A stretch of DNA of 64,000 nucleotides from Candidatus Krumholzibacteriales bacterium (GCA_046483305.1 JAWODM010000068.1:1-64000), one strand, 5' to 3'. Positions 19,820 through 31,080 are shown, counted from the first letter of the stretch. The notes: generated from the sequence alone by a model not told the origin. Made by a program: numbers and translations.

Positions 19820-21736
19820 TCACTCCCGGAGCTTTCTCCCGGCTACTCTCACATTACCCTTCCTCTCGGTCAATCCCTCCATATCCAAATACTCGAGCAG
19901 CGGCACCGCGTACTTCCGGGAGAGTCCGGTCAGGCCCTTGAAATCCCCTATAGCCATCTCATGGTTATTGCCGAAATGGCCTGAGACTTTTTCCCGGATC
20001 CGGCTGAGGTTGTCGCAGTGGATGAAAGATCCTTCCGAGACCTCTACCGCCGTCCCCCTCTCTTTCAGTATATGAAGGTACCTGTCGATATTACTGCCGA
20101 CCCCCGAAGCGGAAAGAATCTGATCCTCCGAAAGAAATTCAGCCCCCGCCTGCCGGATCGCCTTCTCTATACTCTCCAGTTCGCGGCTCTGTTCGGAGCC
20201 GAATTCCCTCTCCGGGCTTCCGGTCCTGACCAGCCCCTTCCGGGTAAACAGCCATCCCTCTTCCTTCCCCTTCTCCAGGAGATAATCGAATATCTCCTCC
20301 CTCTCCAGCCCCAGCCCGCTCCTGAGATTCTGGTTCTTGATTCCCCACACCAGGGGGTTGCTGTTTATAAACTCATCCACCATCTTCCGGAGCTGCTTCT
20401 CGAGCCGGTTCATCCTTGCCGCCGCGAAGAGCACCCCGCCAGTTCTGATCAGTTTCCCCTCACCCTCCAGTGTTGAGGCGATCTTTTCCGCCTCATTCAT
20501 GGTAAACCCGTACATCCTTGAATCGGGCAGCATAAATCCGTCATTGCCCCCGCTCTCTATTAATTCCATAAGCGCCTCTTCCGGGGCTGCCTCCTTCAGG
20601 GCCGTCAGCCTGTCAATCCTCTCCTGGTCCTTCCGGCCGTATTTGTCCGGGGCGGGATCCAGCACCTTCCCTCCGGCTATCACCCTCATGGGCGAATACC
20701 TCCTGAGGATGAATCTGTCTCCCCCGGCCGCCACGGCCGGCTCCTCCAGCCGAAGCTGGACATACCCTTCGCCGCCCGGCCCCAGCTGCCCTTCTTCCAT
20801 CAGCCTGGCCCTGCACATTATCTCTCCGGCGGCGTGATGAAACCTCAGTCTCTGCCGGTCCCTGATTACCGACCCCTCCATCCTGCTCACGCGTACATAT
20901 ACGTCCAGCATCCCCGATTTCCGGAGCACACCGGGGGTCAGCACCTGGTCTCCTGCCGACACCTCCCGGGCCCTGACTCCGTGAAGGGCCAGAGCCACCC
21001 TCATCCCGGACCCCGCCTTTTCCACCTGCCGGTCGAAGGTCTGCACCTCCCGGACTCTGGTGGTAAGGCCGGACGGCTCCACCGTCAGCGTATCCCCGGG
21101 GCTGACTTCCCCGCTCCAGGTGGTGCCGGTGATGATAGTTCCGATACCCGGCAGAGAGAATACCCTGTCCACCGGCATCCTGAAGAATCCGCCCTTCTTC
21201 CTTTCCGCTATTTTCAGGCACTCCTCCCTTAACGCCGCCTTCAGCTCATCCAGCCCCTCGCCGCTGACTGCCGAGGTTCTTATCAGCGGAGCTCCTTCCA
21301 GGGGGGAGCCGGCCAGGAGATCGGCCACCTCGCTCTCCACCAGCCCGGCCATCTCAGCGTCAACCAGGTCGGTTTTTGATATTGCCACCAGTCCGTTATC
21401 TATGCCCAGCAGCCTGATCACCTCAAAATGTTCCCTGGTCTGCGGCATCACCCCTTCGTCAGCGGCCACTACCAGCAGCGCTATATCCACGCCCGCGGCG
21501 CCGGAGACCATATTCTTCACGAATTTCTCGTGCCCGGGGACATCCACCACCCCTATCTCCAGCCCGTCCACCAGCTCCAGGGGGGCGAATCCCAGAACAA
21601 TAGATATGCCGCGCTCTTTTTCCTCGGCCAGCCGGTCGGTATCCCTTCCGGTCAGCGCCTTTATTATCTCTGTTTTGCCGTGATCCACATGGCCGGCCGT
21701 TCCTACTATTACATGTTTCACCGCTGCCTCTTTCAA
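19820..21736 (-). CDS. selB: Selenocysteine-specific elongation factor
   Basis: GTAGHVDHGKT, DRLAEEKERGISI, DVPGHEKFVKNM, C-terminal winged helix SRKYAVPLLEYLD. Confidence 0.96.
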   Translation of the reverse strand: MKEAAVKHVIVGTAGHVDHGKTEIIKALTGRDTDRLAEEKERGISIVLGFAPLELVDGLEIGVVDVPGHEKFVKNMVSGAAGVDIALLVVAADEGVMPQTREHFEVIRLLGIDNGLVAISKTDLVDAEMAGLVESEVADLLAGSPLEGAPLIRTSAVSGEGLDELKAALREECLKIAERKKGGFFRMPVDRVFSLPGIGTIITGTTWSGEVSPGDTLTVEPSGLTTRVREVQTFDRQVEKAGSGMRVALALHGVRAREVSAGDQVLTPGVLRKSGMLDVYVRVSRMEGSVIRDRQRLRFHHAAGEIMCRARLMEEGQLGPGGEGYVQLRLEEPAVAAGGDRFILRRYSPMRVIAGGKVLDPAPDKYGRKDQERIDRLTALKEAAPEEALMELIESGGNDGFMLPDSRMYGFTMNEAEKIASTLEGEGKLIRTGGVLFAAARMNRLEKQLRKMVDEFINSNPLVWGIKNQNLRSGLGLEREEIFDYLLEKGKEEGWLFTRKGLVRTGSPEREFGSEQSRELESIEKAIRQAGAEFLSEDQILSASGVGSNIDRYLHILKERGTAVEVSEGSFIHCDNLSRIREKVSGHFGNNHEMAIGDFKGLTGLSRKYAVPLLEYLDMEGLTERKGNVRVAGRKLRE

Positions 21737-22995
21737 TGATCCTCTTTGACCCTTACTATATCGGCTCCAAGGGCCCGGAGCTTCTCCTCTATCCTCTCGT
21801 AACCCCTGTCAATATGGTATATTCTGAGTATCTTGGTCTCTCCCTCTGCTACCAGCCCTGCCAGTATGAGCGCCGAACTGGCACGGATATCGGTGGCCAT
21901 CACCGGAGCTCCTTCCAGCCTGCGGACTCCTTTCACAACCGCTATATTGCCGTCGACATGTATCTCCGCCCCCAGCCTGTTGAGCTCGGGAACGTGCGAG
22001 AACCTGTCCGCGTATATATTTTCCACCACCGTACTGGAACCGCCGGCGAGGCATAGCAACGACATAATCTGCGCCTGCATATCGGTGGGGAAAGAGGGGT
22101 AATATCCCGTGTTAACATCCGCCGGTATGGTTCTCTCCCGGGGCCCGGTCACCGTCAGGAGGCCGTCCCCTGTCTCTATTTCGGCGCCGCACTCCTTCAG
22201 TTTCTCTATAACCGCGTGCAGGTGGTCAGGATCGCACTCCTGAATCTCTACCTTCCCGCCGGTTATAACCGCGGCGGCCGCGAAGGTCCCCGCCTCTATC
22301 CGGTCCGGTATCACCCTGGATACCAGCGGCCGTATCTCCCTGACTCCCTCAATCTCTATGGCCGACGAGCCCGCCCCGTTGATGATGGCGCCCGACTTCT
22401 CCAGGGCATCCGCCAGATTGACTATCTCCGGCTCACGGGCTGCGTTCTCTATCACCGTTCTTCCCTCCGCCAGTACCGCCGCCAACATTATGTTCACGGT
22501 GGCTCCCACGCTGGGCACCGAGAGTATTATCTCTGTCCCCTTCAGCCTCTTTGCCGAGGCTTCGATATATCCGTGATCTATTGTTATTCTGGCTCCCAGG
22601 GCGGTGAGACCCTTCAGATGCTGATCTATCGGACGGGGGCCCCAGGCGCAGCCCCCCGGAAGGGAAACACGGGCATGGCCCTTCCTGGCCAGCAGGGGGG
22701 CCAGCACATAAATCGAAGCCCTCATCTGCTTTACCAGGCTGTACGGCGCCTCTTCGGATTCTATCCTGGAGGCGTCAGCGGTCAGGCGGGAGCCTTCAAA
22801 TTCGACTTTGACTCCCAGCATTTCCATGAGCCGGGACATGGTTCTTCTGTCCCTCAGGTCGGGGATATTATCGAAAACCGACTTCCCCCCGGCCAGAATC
22901 GACGCTGCCATCAGGGGAAGCATGGCATTCTTGGCGCCGCTTACCCTTACCTTTCCCTCAAGCCTGCCTGATTCTCTGATTACAAAACTATCCAT
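21733..22995 (-). CDS. murA: UDP-N-acetylglucosamine 1-carboxyvinyltransferase
   Basis: SGAKNA, MRASI, LPGGCAWGPRP, PDRIEAGT, FPTDMQAQ. Confidence 0.97.
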   Translation of the reverse strand: MDSFVIRESGRLEGKVRVSGAKNAMLPLMAASILAGGKSVFDNIPDLRDRRTMSRLMEMLGVKVEFEGSRLTADASRIESEEAPYSLVKQMRASIYVLAPLLARKGHARVSLPGGCAWGPRPIDQHLKGLTALGARITIDHGYIEASAKRLKGTEIILSVPSVGATVNIMLAAVLAEGRTVIENAAREPEIVNLADALEKSGAIINGAGSSAIEIEGVREIRPLVSRVIPDRIEAGTFAAAAVITGGKVEIQECDPDHLHAVIEKLKECGAEIETGDGLLTVTGPRERTIPADVNTGYYPSFPTDMQAQIMSLLCLAGGSSTVVENIYADRFSHVPELNRLGAEIHVDGNIAVVKGVRRLEGAPVMATDIRASSALILAGLVAEGETKILRIYHIDRGYERIEEKLRALGADIVRVKEDH

Positions 22996-22998
22996 CGT

Positions 22999-23892
22999 TC
23001 AACACCCTGTCCCTTCAGGCCTGACCGCCGACACCACCCGCTCCAGGCCGCTGTAATCGCGGGTGATCTTCACCCGGCGGTAACCGTAACTTTCAAATAT
23101 TTCCTTTACCATCTCCCCCATCCCGTCGCCTGTCTCCACCAGCAGAACCCCTTCCGGGACCAGGTGCCTTATCCCCCCCTCTGCCAGCACCGGGTAGAAC
23201 ATTCCTCCGTCAGGCCCGCCGTCAAGAGCGGTCCGGTTTTCGTATACGGAGACTTCCTTCTGCAGGCCGTCTATCTCTCCGGCGGGTATATACGGCGGAT
23301 TGGAAACGAGCAGATCGAATTTCTGGCCGGCCGACAGCGCCTCAAAACCGGAAGCAACCAGGGTCTCCAGCCTGTCCAGCACTCCCAGCGTCCTGAAATT
23401 GTCCCGCGAGAGACTGACCGCTTTTCCGGATATGTCAAACCCCGCACCTCTCCAGCCGGGATGACGGTAGGCGAGTGTTCCGGAAATCACTCCGCTCCCC
23501 AGCCCGAATTCCAGGAACCGGACCGGGCGGGCTTCATTGAAGATTTCTTCAGCCCGTTCTATCAGCACTTCTGTCTCCGGCCTGGGTATGAATACCTCCT
23601 CGGAGACCCGGAACGGAAGGGAGAAGAATTCGGTTTCGCCCAGAATATACTGCAGGGGGTAATGTTCGCCTCGCTTTTTGAGATCAGCCCGGTAGCCGCA
23701 GAGGGTATCTTCTTCCAGAACCCTGTCGTAGTTGAGATACAGATCCATCCTGCTGCAGCCGATCGCCTTGGCCAGAAGCCTTTCCGCGCTCAGCCGGGGC
23801 GATTCGACCTGCCGCTTCTCCAGGTACCGCTCGGAAAGTTTCACCGCCTCTATAACCGTCGGCGGCGGCAGATTCTTTGACTGGCCTTGCAA
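22999..23892 (-). CDS. prmC: Release factor glutamine methyltransferase
   Basis: PLQYILG, IPRPETE, GLGSG, SNPPYI; downstream of prfA. Confidence 0.95.
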   Translation of the reverse strand: MQGQSKNLPPPTVIEAVKLSERYLEKRQVESPRLSAERLLAKAIGCSRMDLYLNYDRVLEEDTLCGYRADLKKRGEHYPLQYILGETEFFSLPFRVSEEVFIPRPETEVLIERAEEIFNEARPVRFLEFGLGSGVISGTLAYRHPGWRGAGFDISGKAVSLSRDNFRTLGVLDRLETLVASGFEALSAGQKFDLLVSNPPYIPAGEIDGLQKEVSVYENRTALDGGPDGGMFYPVLAEGGIRHLVPEGVLLVETGDGMGEMVKEIFESYGYRRVKITRDYSGLERVVSAVRPEGTGC

Positions 23893-23904
23893 TGGAACGC
23901 CCCC

Positions 23905-24996
23905 TTAGCTTTCCTCGGACTGTTCTAACTCCTCTGCCAGAATCTGCTCCCGGTGAGAGAGCATCAGCTTTTCTATCATATCGTCCAGATCGCCGTCCAG
24001 TATCCCCTTGAGATTATGGGAAGTGTAATTTATCCTGTGGTCGCTGACCCGTCCCTGGGGGAAATTGTAAGTCCTTATCTTGGCGCTTCGGTCGCCGGAC
24101 CCCACCATATCGCGCCTCTTCCTGGCCCTCTTCTGGTCCCGCTCCTCCTTCAGCTTATTGAACAGCCGCGAACGGAGAACCTTCAGCGCCTTGGCCCGGT
24201 TCTTATGCTGTGATTTCTCGTCCTGGCAGCTGACCACTATCCCGGTCGGGATGTGAGTGATCCTGACCGCGGAATCGGTCATATTGACGCTCTGCCCCCC
24301 CGGTCCGCTGGCCCTGAACACATCTATTCGAAGGTCTTTCTTGTCTATATTGACATCTATCTTGCTGGCTTCCGGCAGGACCGCCACGGTAACAGCGGAG
24401 GTGTGTATCCGCCCCCCCGACTCGGTTTCCGGTACCCTCTGCACCCGGTGGACCCCGCTTTCGAACTTCAGCTTTCCGTAGGCATCCTGCCCGTTAATCA
24501 GAAACACTATCTCCTTGTACCCGCCAACCTCCGCGGGGTGGCAGGACAGGATCTCCATCTTCCAGTTATTCTTATCCGCGTACAGGCGGTACATCCGGGC
24601 CAGGTCCCCCGCAAACAGCGCCGCTTCGTTGCCTCCGGCACCCGCCCTGATCTCGAAAACGGTATTCCTGGAGTCATCGGGGTCCCTGGGGATAAGCATC
24701 AGGTTTATCCTGTCCTCCAGCTCTTCCAGCTCCTCTTCCAGCCCGGCTATTTCCGACCTGGCAAAGTCTACCAGCTCCCGGTCGTCGGACTCCTCGATAA
24801 CCTTCCGGTCCTCCTCGATCATATCGCTGGCCTCGAAATACCTTTTTATCTGCTCCACGGCATCTTCCAGGTCGCTTCTTTCGATGGCCAGCTCCTTGTA
24901 CTTCTCCCGGTTATTGATAACTTTGGGATCGCCCATCTTCTCTGTTATTTCATTGAAACGGTCCAGAACGGTTCTGTATCTTTCGGAACTTTTCAC
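23905..24996 (-). CDS. prfA: Peptide chain release factor 1
   Basis: [12 protein letters not shown] (PxT), [17 protein letters not shown]. Confidence 0.97.
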   Translation of the reverse strand: MKSSERYRTVLDRFNEITEKMGDPKVINNREKYKELAIERSDLEDAVEQIKRYFEASDMIEEDRKVIEESDDRELVDFARSEIAGLEEELEELEDRINLMLIPRDPDDSRNTVFEIRAGAGGNEAALFAGDLARMYRLYADKNNWKMEILSCHPAEVGGYKEIVFLINGQDAYGKLKFESGVHRVQRVPETESGGRIHTSAVTVAVLPEASKIDVNIDKKDLRIDVFRASGPGGQSVNMTDSAVRITHIPTGIVVSCQDEKSQHKNRAKALKVLRSRLFNKLKEERDQKRARKRRDMVGSGDRSAKIRTYNFPQGRVSDHRINYTSHNLKGILDGDLDDMIEKLMLSHREQILAEELEQSEES

Positions 24997-25123
24997 CTGT
25001 CGCCTCCGCCGGCTGCGCCCTGATCAGAAAAAAACGGCCATGCCTTATAGTAGTAAGAAATTAAAGAAATTTAAATTATTATTCCATAAAATTGTCAGTT
25101 AACCGGGCCTTCAAACACCCGCA

Positions 25124-25164
25124 TAAACAAACGCGGCAGCCGGATAGTGCACGGCTGCCCGCGT
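25124..25164 (-). terminator. Intrinsic terminator after rpmE
   Basis: GCGGGCAGCCG...CGGCTGCCGCG hairpin followed by TTTGTTTAT on minus strand. Confidence 0.65.
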
Positions 25165-25193
25165 GAATAATAAATATCATCAAAATAAAGAAG

Positions 25194-25433
25194 CTAGGAG
25201 GATTTCCCCTTCTTTTCCTCTGTATTCTTTTTCCGGTAATCCCCGTACTTGCGGCGGAAACGGTCGATTCGACCGGCGGTGTCAACCAGCTTCTGCTTAC
25301 CGGTGAAGAACGGGTGACACTTGGAACAGATCTCCACCGAGATCTTATCCTTGGTGGAGCGGGTCTGAATCCTGTTTCCGCATATACAGGTTATTTCAAC
25401 GTCCTGATATTCAGGGTGAATGTCTTTCTTCAT
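25194..25433 (-). CDS. rpmE: 50S ribosomal protein L31 (Zn-binding type)
   Basis: MKKDIHPEY, CxC, CxxCHPFFTG. Confidence 0.97.
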   Translation of the reverse strand: MKKDIHPEYQDVEITCICGNRIQTRSTKDKISVEICSKCHPFFTGKQKLVDTAGRIDRFRRKYGDYRKKNTEEKKGKSS

Positions 25434-25527
25434 TTTATTCTCCAGTTACACTTATTTTACCATAACCTTCGCTCTGATAACTTAATAAGAGCAATCTATA
25501 AAAACAAACAAAAAATTACTGCCGCGG

Positions 25528-26775
25528 CTATACATTCATCGATTTCAGGAAACTCTTGTTGGTCTTGGTGCGGGAGATCTTCTCCAGCAGGAATTCCATC
25601 GCCTCCACGCAGTTCTTGTCGCTGAGGAACTTCCGGAGAATATACACCTTGTTGAGAACAGTCTCATCCAGGAGCAACTCTTCTTTTCTGGTCCCCGAAC
25701 GGAAGATATCTATTGCCGGCCACACTCTCTTGTCGGCAAGCCTTCTGTCCAGAACTATCTCCAGGTTGCCGGTTCCCTTGAACTCTTCGAAAATCACTTC
25801 GTCCATCCTGCTCCCGGTCTCAACAAGAGCGGTGGCGATGATAGTCAGCGAGCCCTTCTCCTCGGTATTCCTGGCCGCTCCGAAGAACCGCTTGGGCCTC
25901 TGGAGGGCGTTGGAATCAACTCCGCCGGAGAGGATCTTGCCGGAATGGGGAACCACCGTATTGTGGGCCCGGGCCAGCCTGGTGATACTGTCCAGCAGGA
26001 TCACCACATCCTTATTATGCTCCACCAGCCTCTTCGCCTTCTGAATAACCATGTCGGCGACGTGAACATGCCTGCTGGCCGGCTCGTCGAAGGTCGAGCT
26101 GATGACCTCTCCCTTTACCGAGCGCTCCATGTCGGTTACTTCCTCCGGCCTCTCGTCTATAAGAAGCACTATCAGGTCTATTTCCGGATGATTGGTGGTA
26201 ATCGCGTTAGCTATTTTCTGGAGTATTATGGTCTTTCCCGCTCTGGGAGGGGATACTATCAGGCCCCGCTGCCCCTTGCCGATCGGGGTCAGCAGGTTCA
26301 TCAGCCGTGAAGAGAATTCCTTCTGAATATGCTCCAGGTTGATCATCTCCTCCGGATAGAGAGGAGTCAGGTTGTCGAACAGGGTCTTTCTCTTGTTCTC
26401 TATAGGATCTTCGTCGTTCACGCTCTTGACCCGGAGAAGGGCGAAATACCGCTCCGAGTTCTTCGGAGGACGGACCTGCCCGTAAACGGTATCGCCGGTT
26501 CTGAGCGCGAATTTCTTTATCTGTGAAGGGGATACGTAAATATCATCAGGCCCGGGAAGATAGTTATAGGCGGGGGATCGGAGGAATCCGTAACCTTCAG
26601 GCAAAACCTGAAGAACCCCCTTGTTGAATATATTCCCGTTCTGCTTTGCCTGCGCCTCCAGAATCTTGAAAAGTATTTCCTGTCTTCTGAGACTGCTTGC
26701 CTCTGTTATTTTGAGCTCTTCGGCAAGCTCCATGAGCTCGTCAATCTTTTTACTCTTTAACTCTACTATGTCCAT
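25528..26775 (-). CDS. rho: Transcription termination factor Rho
   Basis: [38 protein letters not shown]. Confidence 0.98.
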   Translation of the reverse strand: MDIVELKSKKIDELMELAEELKITEASSLRRQEILFKILEAQAKQNGNIFNKGVLQVLPEGYGFLRSPAYNYLPGPDDIYVSPSQIKKFALRTGDTVYGQVRPPKNSERYFALLRVKSVNDEDPIENKRKTLFDNLTPLYPEEMINLEHIQKEFSSRLMNLLTPIGKGQRGLIVSPPRAGKTIILQKIANAITTNHPEIDLIVLLIDERPEEVTDMERSVKGEVISSTFDEPASRHVHVADMVIQKAKRLVEHNKDVVILLDSITRLARAHNTVVPHSGKILSGGVDSNALQRPKRFFGAARNTEEKGSLTIIATALVETGSRMDEVIFEEFKGTGNLEIVLDRRLADKRVWPAIDIFRSGTRKEELLLDETVLNKVYILRKFLSDKNCVEAMEFLLEKISRTKTNKSFLKSMNV

Positions 26776-27059
26776 ACAGTACTTACCTCTTGTTTCATCA
26801 CCTTTAACTCACATTATTCCGTTATCTATAATAAACACCGACCGTTTATTCCGTTTAACCTATTTCCGGAGAACACCCCTGAAAGCCGATTCTGGTCTCC
26901 TGTGCCGGTTCTTGAATAAAAATTCATTCTGAAGCACTCATTAAACCGATGTGCAATGCCAGCACTTTGAACTATTTATCTATCTGAAATTAGCCATCTT
27001 CGTATTTTATCAGAAGGAGAATTGGGACAGTTATCTGCTGATATCAATTGTTACTTGGA

Positions 27060-27088
27060 AAACTATCTTATTCAGGCCTTTTTGTCAA
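27060..27088 (-). promoter_or_regulatory. sigma70-like promoter upstream of rho
   Basis: TTGACA-17-TAGTTT, implying a leader of about 280 nt. Confidence 0.5.
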
Positions 27089-27170
27089 GTAAAAACACAG
27101 TTTCATTCTCTTCTTTATATCACCCCGTTCCCCGCGAAGCTCAACAGGGACGAGCTCTCCCCGGTCGTAT

Positions 27171-28253
27171 TTACTCGGCGCCCTTCAGCTGACTGAGCTC
27201 CATGAATTTCTTGTAGGTTTCCTCTGCCTTGATCTTCAGGCCCTTCTCTTTGTAGGCCCTGCTGAGTATCTGCCAACCGTTGGGATCCTCCGGGGCTATC
27301 TTGGTGGTATACTCCTCCCCGAACATAATAGCTTCGTCCCACAGCTTCGCCTGGTAGTAGGTCACCAGCAGGCTGTAAGCAATCTGTTTGTTTTCCGGCA
27401 TCATCATATGGGCCTGGCTGAAAGCTTTTACCGCCTTATGATAACGCTGCATCTTGCTGTATACTACCCCCAGATTTGTATACAGGCTCGGATTTTCCTG
27501 CCCGCTGATTTCATGGCCCCGGGCGGCAACTTCGTACAGTTTGGCCGCGGCATCCCAATCTTCCTTCACGTAGAACAGCTGGGCGGTTCTCTCCACCGGC
27601 TCGGTTTCTGTGGGCTTCTCGCTGATGAGCTCCTCGAAGCTCTTTATGGCGTCGTCTATCTCGCCCTGGCTGGCCTTGATCTTTCCCACCAGGGGAAGCA
27701 CCTTCAGGTAATCCTCGTCTTCCCTGGTGATAATCGACTGAAGAGTGTCCGCCGCCATGTATGCCTTATCGAAGTAAGTCGAATCTCCCACCTCGGGGTC
27801 ATTGGCAAGGATGAAGGCTATATTCGCGTAGTTGAGCCAACTCTTGATCCTCCTGGGGTCTGCCTCTGTTGCCAGTTCGAACTCCTTCAGCGCTCCGACC
27901 CTGTTGTCCAGCTGATATTCGTTCAGGCCGTCATTGTAATGCTTGGCCCAGTTTGACTGGATATTGGTCTCAGCCAGGTCTCCCTTGGTGTTGGGAGCAA
28001 GCTCCTTGGCCTTCATGTAATTTTCGAAGGCCTTTTTCATTTCGCCCTTGAAGCTGTACGCGATACCCATCTGGAAGTAGGCTTCCGCGTCCTGAGGGTC
28101 CTTCTCCAGGCCGAGCTCGGCCATCTCGATCGCCTTTTCGTACTCGCCGGCCTGGTTGTGAAGCATGGCGCTGGTGGTCTCCACGCTCTTACAACCGGGG
28201 ATCGAAAGAACCAGAACTACAAAAATCAGAAAAAGCAGGCTAAATCTCTTCAT
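27171..28253 (-). CDS. TPR-repeat lipoprotein
   Basis: Lipobox IPGC after a hydrophobic signal; multiple TPRs (AEAYFQMGIAY, LYTNLGVVY). Confidence 0.85.
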   Translation of the reverse strand: MKRFSLLFLIFVVLVLSIPGCKSVETTSAMLHNQAGEYEKAIEMAELGLEKDPQDAEAYFQMGIAYSFKGEMKKAFENYMKAKELAPNTKGDLAETNIQSNWAKHYNDGLNEYQLDNRVGALKEFELATEADPRRIKSWLNYANIAFILANDPEVGDSTYFDKAYMAADTLQSIITREDEDYLKVLPLVGKIKASQGEIDDAIKSFEELISEKPTETEPVERTAQLFYVKEDWDAAAKLYEVAARGHEISGQENPSLYTNLGVVYSKMQRYHKAVKAFSQAHMMMPENKQIAYSLLVTYYQAKLWDEAIMFGEEYTTKIAPEDPNGWQILSRAYKEKGLKIKAEETYKKFMELSQLKGAE

Positions 28254-28746
28254 GACAGCTAATCCTCCTTGAATTTCATGAATATTTCTTAATCTTCAGA
28301 ATGGTAAAATTTTAATTTTCCTCCACAGACAGTGAGTTTTCAGAAGTCTATCCAACAAAATATAGAACTATTTGCAATTGGATTTTATCTGTTGACTCCT
28401 CACTCACCGTAATTTAATCAATCAATATCTTCTATGTCAAGAAGATACTGCCCCCCGGCAAACCAATTTTCAGCAGGCCGGAACGAAATGATATCATCAG
28501 CCCATATTGCATTTCAAGGATCATTCAAGCCGGGAGGAGCCGATATGCCCGCTGCCGTACTCCCTTTCCGCCAGCGGCCGGTCCGGATATTCAGTCGAAA
28601 GAAGAGATTCTGCCCTGTTTATTTTATTGATGGTCTTATCGTTCACCACGAATTCCAGCCTGAACTTTTTCTACTTATATATTAATTTCCTTCCCGCAAT
28701 TTTCCTGAGATTTAACTCTTCGAGAACTATCAACTGACTTTTTTCC

Positions 28747-28834
28747 ACTCCCAACGTTGGGAGTAATCCCTGCCTGTTTTCAGATTTAACAGATAATTTC
28801 CGCTCAAATCTACTCCCACCGGTGGGAGTAGATT
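28747..28834. repeat. Pair of perfect palindromes with core ACTCCCA-N4-TGGGAGT
   Basis: ACTCCCAACGTTGGGAGT (28747-28764) and AATCTACTCCCACCGGTGGGAGTAGATT (28807-28834). Confidence 0.85.
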
Positions 28835-28952
28835 GCATATCTTCACCTTTTTTTTTACGCACACAGGGCGAACTCTGTCTCTTATCCTTTTCTGCGGGAT
28901 CATGCCTGAGATAAGCATCACCGCATCCCTCCCGGATCTGGCGCAGAAAATT

Positions 28953-30953
28953 TTAATATAAACCGACCGGTTCCACGTTCCATTCCAGGTCTACCGCCCT
29001 GGACCCCGAGATAGCTTCCCGCGCCGTTTCCACCAGCTCTTTCTTAAGGGCCGGGTCGAACTTTCCCTTGGCGATTATGTGGAACCTGAACCTTCCCCTG
29101 AGCTTGTAGATCTGAGCTGGAGCCGGGCCCAGAACGAATATCCTTCCGGAGAACTTCCCGGCGAGGGCATCCCTGATCCTGCCGGAGGCCTCTTTGGCGC
29201 TCCTGCTCGACCTGGAGCTGATGGTAAACAGTATGAACTCCAGCTCGGGCGGGTATTTCAGCTCGCTTCTCAGGGCCAGCTCCTGCTCCGCGAACCGGTC
29301 GAAGTCATGATTGACCAGGTAGCTGAATATGGGGTGCTCCGGGGCATAGGTCTGAACGATGACCTTCCCCTTCCTGCTGCCCCTTCCCGCTCTTCCCGAA
29401 GCCTGGTAGAGCAGCTGGAAGGTTCTCTCCGAGGCGGTGTAATCGGGGAAGTTCAGCCCGGAATCAGCCGAGACTATCCCCACTATGGTGACATTGGGGT
29501 AGTGATGCCCCTTCGCCACCATCTGGGTCCCCAGCAGGATATCGGCCTCATGCCTTCCGAACCTCTCCAGTATGTCGGCATGCCCTCCCCGGCCGGAGGT
29601 GGTATCCAGGTCCATCCTGGCTATCCGCGCCCCCCTCATCAGGTTGGAGAGCTCTATCTCTATCCTCTGGGTACCCATCCCCGCCCTCCGCATCTTGTAA
29701 GAGCCGCATTCGGGACATTTCGGGAGCGGTTTCCTGTCATACCCGCAGTAATGGCAGATGAGGTTTGAACCCCTGCTGTGGTAAGTCAGGGATATCGAGC
29801 AGTTGGGGCAGCGGTCTATCCAGCCGCACTTGCTGCACTGGATGAAATTGGCGTGCCCCCTCCTGTTCAGAAGCACAATCGCCTGCTCCCCCCTGCCGAT
29901 CCTGCTCTCCAGGGCATCCAGCAGCTCACCGGAGAGCGCCTCCTTCCTTCCACGCATATCCACTATCTGAACCGGTGGAAGTTCACCCTTCAGAGGCCTG
30001 CTCCCCAGACGGAAGTAACTCCCCTCTCTCTTCCTGGCCCTGCTGTAGCTGATCAGCGACGGGGTGGCAGAGCCCATCAGAAGTACCGCCCCCAGCTCCC
30101 TCGCCCGGAAATCGGCCGCGTTCACCGCGTTGTAGTGCGGTTTCTCATGCTGCTTGAACGACATATCCTGCTGTTCGTCCACCACGATTATACCTAGGTC
30201 CTTCATCGGAACGAACACCGCCGAGCGTGGCCCGATCACCACGTCCAGCTCCCCGGCCGCCGCCTTCTTCCAGATCCGGTGCCTCTGCGCGCCGGTCAGC
30301 CGGCTGTGAAGAACCTCCACCCGGTTGCCGAACCTCCTGGTGAACCTGATGGTAAGCTGCGGAATAAGCGCTATCTCCGGGATCAGGACTATCGCCCGCT
30401 TTCCCATATCCAGAGCTTCCCTTATGCAGCGAAGGTATACCTCGGTCTTGCCGCTTCCGGTAATGCCGTGAAGCAGGATATTGGCGTATTCTTCCCTTTC
30501 CAGGAATTCACCCACCGCCCTGAAGACCTTTTTCTGCTGGGGGTTCAGCTCAGGGGCTTCAACCTCCAGGGGAAAGCTGGCTTCATCTGCGGTCCTGGCG
30601 GACTTCCGCGGTTTTCCCTTCACAGAGGCTGGAAGCATCACCCGCAGGACCTCTCCAAGGGGATGAACGTAGTACGACGATATCCACTCCGCCAGCTTAA
30701 GAAGCTCCCGGTTGATCAGGGGAACCTCGTCTATAAGCTTTTCTATATCCCGGATCTTGAACCCGCCCTCAGGTTTTGACCTGAAGCTGACCACATACCC
30801 AGTCAGCTTCCGCCTTCCGAACCTTACTCTTACCCGTGAGCCGGCATCTATATCCCCGGAAAGCTCCGCGGGCACCCTGTAGGTGAAGAACCTGTCCACC
30901 GGCACGGGAAGGGCTACATCGGCGTGCTGTTTATCATTACTTTCAGTGCTCAT
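28953..30953 (-). CDS. priA: Primosomal protein N' (likely start ATG 30953)
   Basis: GITGSGKTEVY, four CxxC pairs, GTQMVAKG, GRAGRG; motif II reads DEQQ rather than the usual DEEH. Confidence 0.96.
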   Translation of the reverse strand: MSTESNDKQHADVALPVPVDRFFTYRVPAELSGDIDAGSRVRVRFGRRKLTGYVVSFRSKPEGGFKIRDIEKLIDEVPLINRELLKLAEWISSYYVHPLGEVLRVMLPASVKGKPRKSARTADEASFPLEVEAPELNPQQKKVFRAVGEFLEREEYANILLHGITGSGKTEVYLRCIREALDMGKRAIVLIPEIALIPQLTIRFTRRFGNRVEVLHSRLTGAQRHRIWKKAAAGELDVVIGPRSAVFVPMKDLGIIVVDEQQDMSFKQHEKPHYNAVNAADFRARELGAVLLMGSATPSLISYSRARKREGSYFRLGSRPLKGELPPVQIVDMRGRKEALSGELLDALESRIGRGEQAIVLLNRRGHANFIQCSKCGWIDRCPNCSISLTYHSRGSNLICHYCGYDRKPLPKCPECGSYKMRRAGMGTQRIEIELSNLMRGARIARMDLDTTSGRGGHADILERFGRHEADILLGTQMVAKGHHYPNVTIVGIVSADSGLNFPDYTASERTFQLLYQASGRAGRGSRKGKVIVQTYAPEHPIFSYLVNHDFDRFAEQELALRSELKYPPELEFILFTISSRSSRSAKEASGRIRDALAGKFSGRIFVLGPAPAQIYKLRGRFRFHIIAKGKFDPALKKELVETAREAISGSRAVDLEWNVEPVGLY

Positions 30954-30962
30954 GACAGGGGG

Positions 30963-30991
30963 ATTATATAACGGCAGAGGTAGGCGGGCAA
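30963..30991 (-). promoter_or_regulatory. sigma70-like promoter of priA
   Basis: TTGCCC-17-TATAAT, 9 nt before ATG 30953. Confidence 0.55.
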
Positions 30992-31080
30992 ACAAAACCT
31001 CCGGGAGCCCGCGGCAACGGTACTTCTATTGCCACAGAAATCACCATTGAACAGATGGAAGGTTAAAAAGCCTGTCCCAT

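Noticed and set aside
19820..21736. UGA-recoded selenoprotein genes near selB
   Set aside because: All recognised genes appear full length; no in-frame TGA at a Cys position was noticed, though my search was not exhaustive
28747..28834. Twin palindromes as a mini CRISPR array
   Set aside because: Only two non-identical copies and no cas genes
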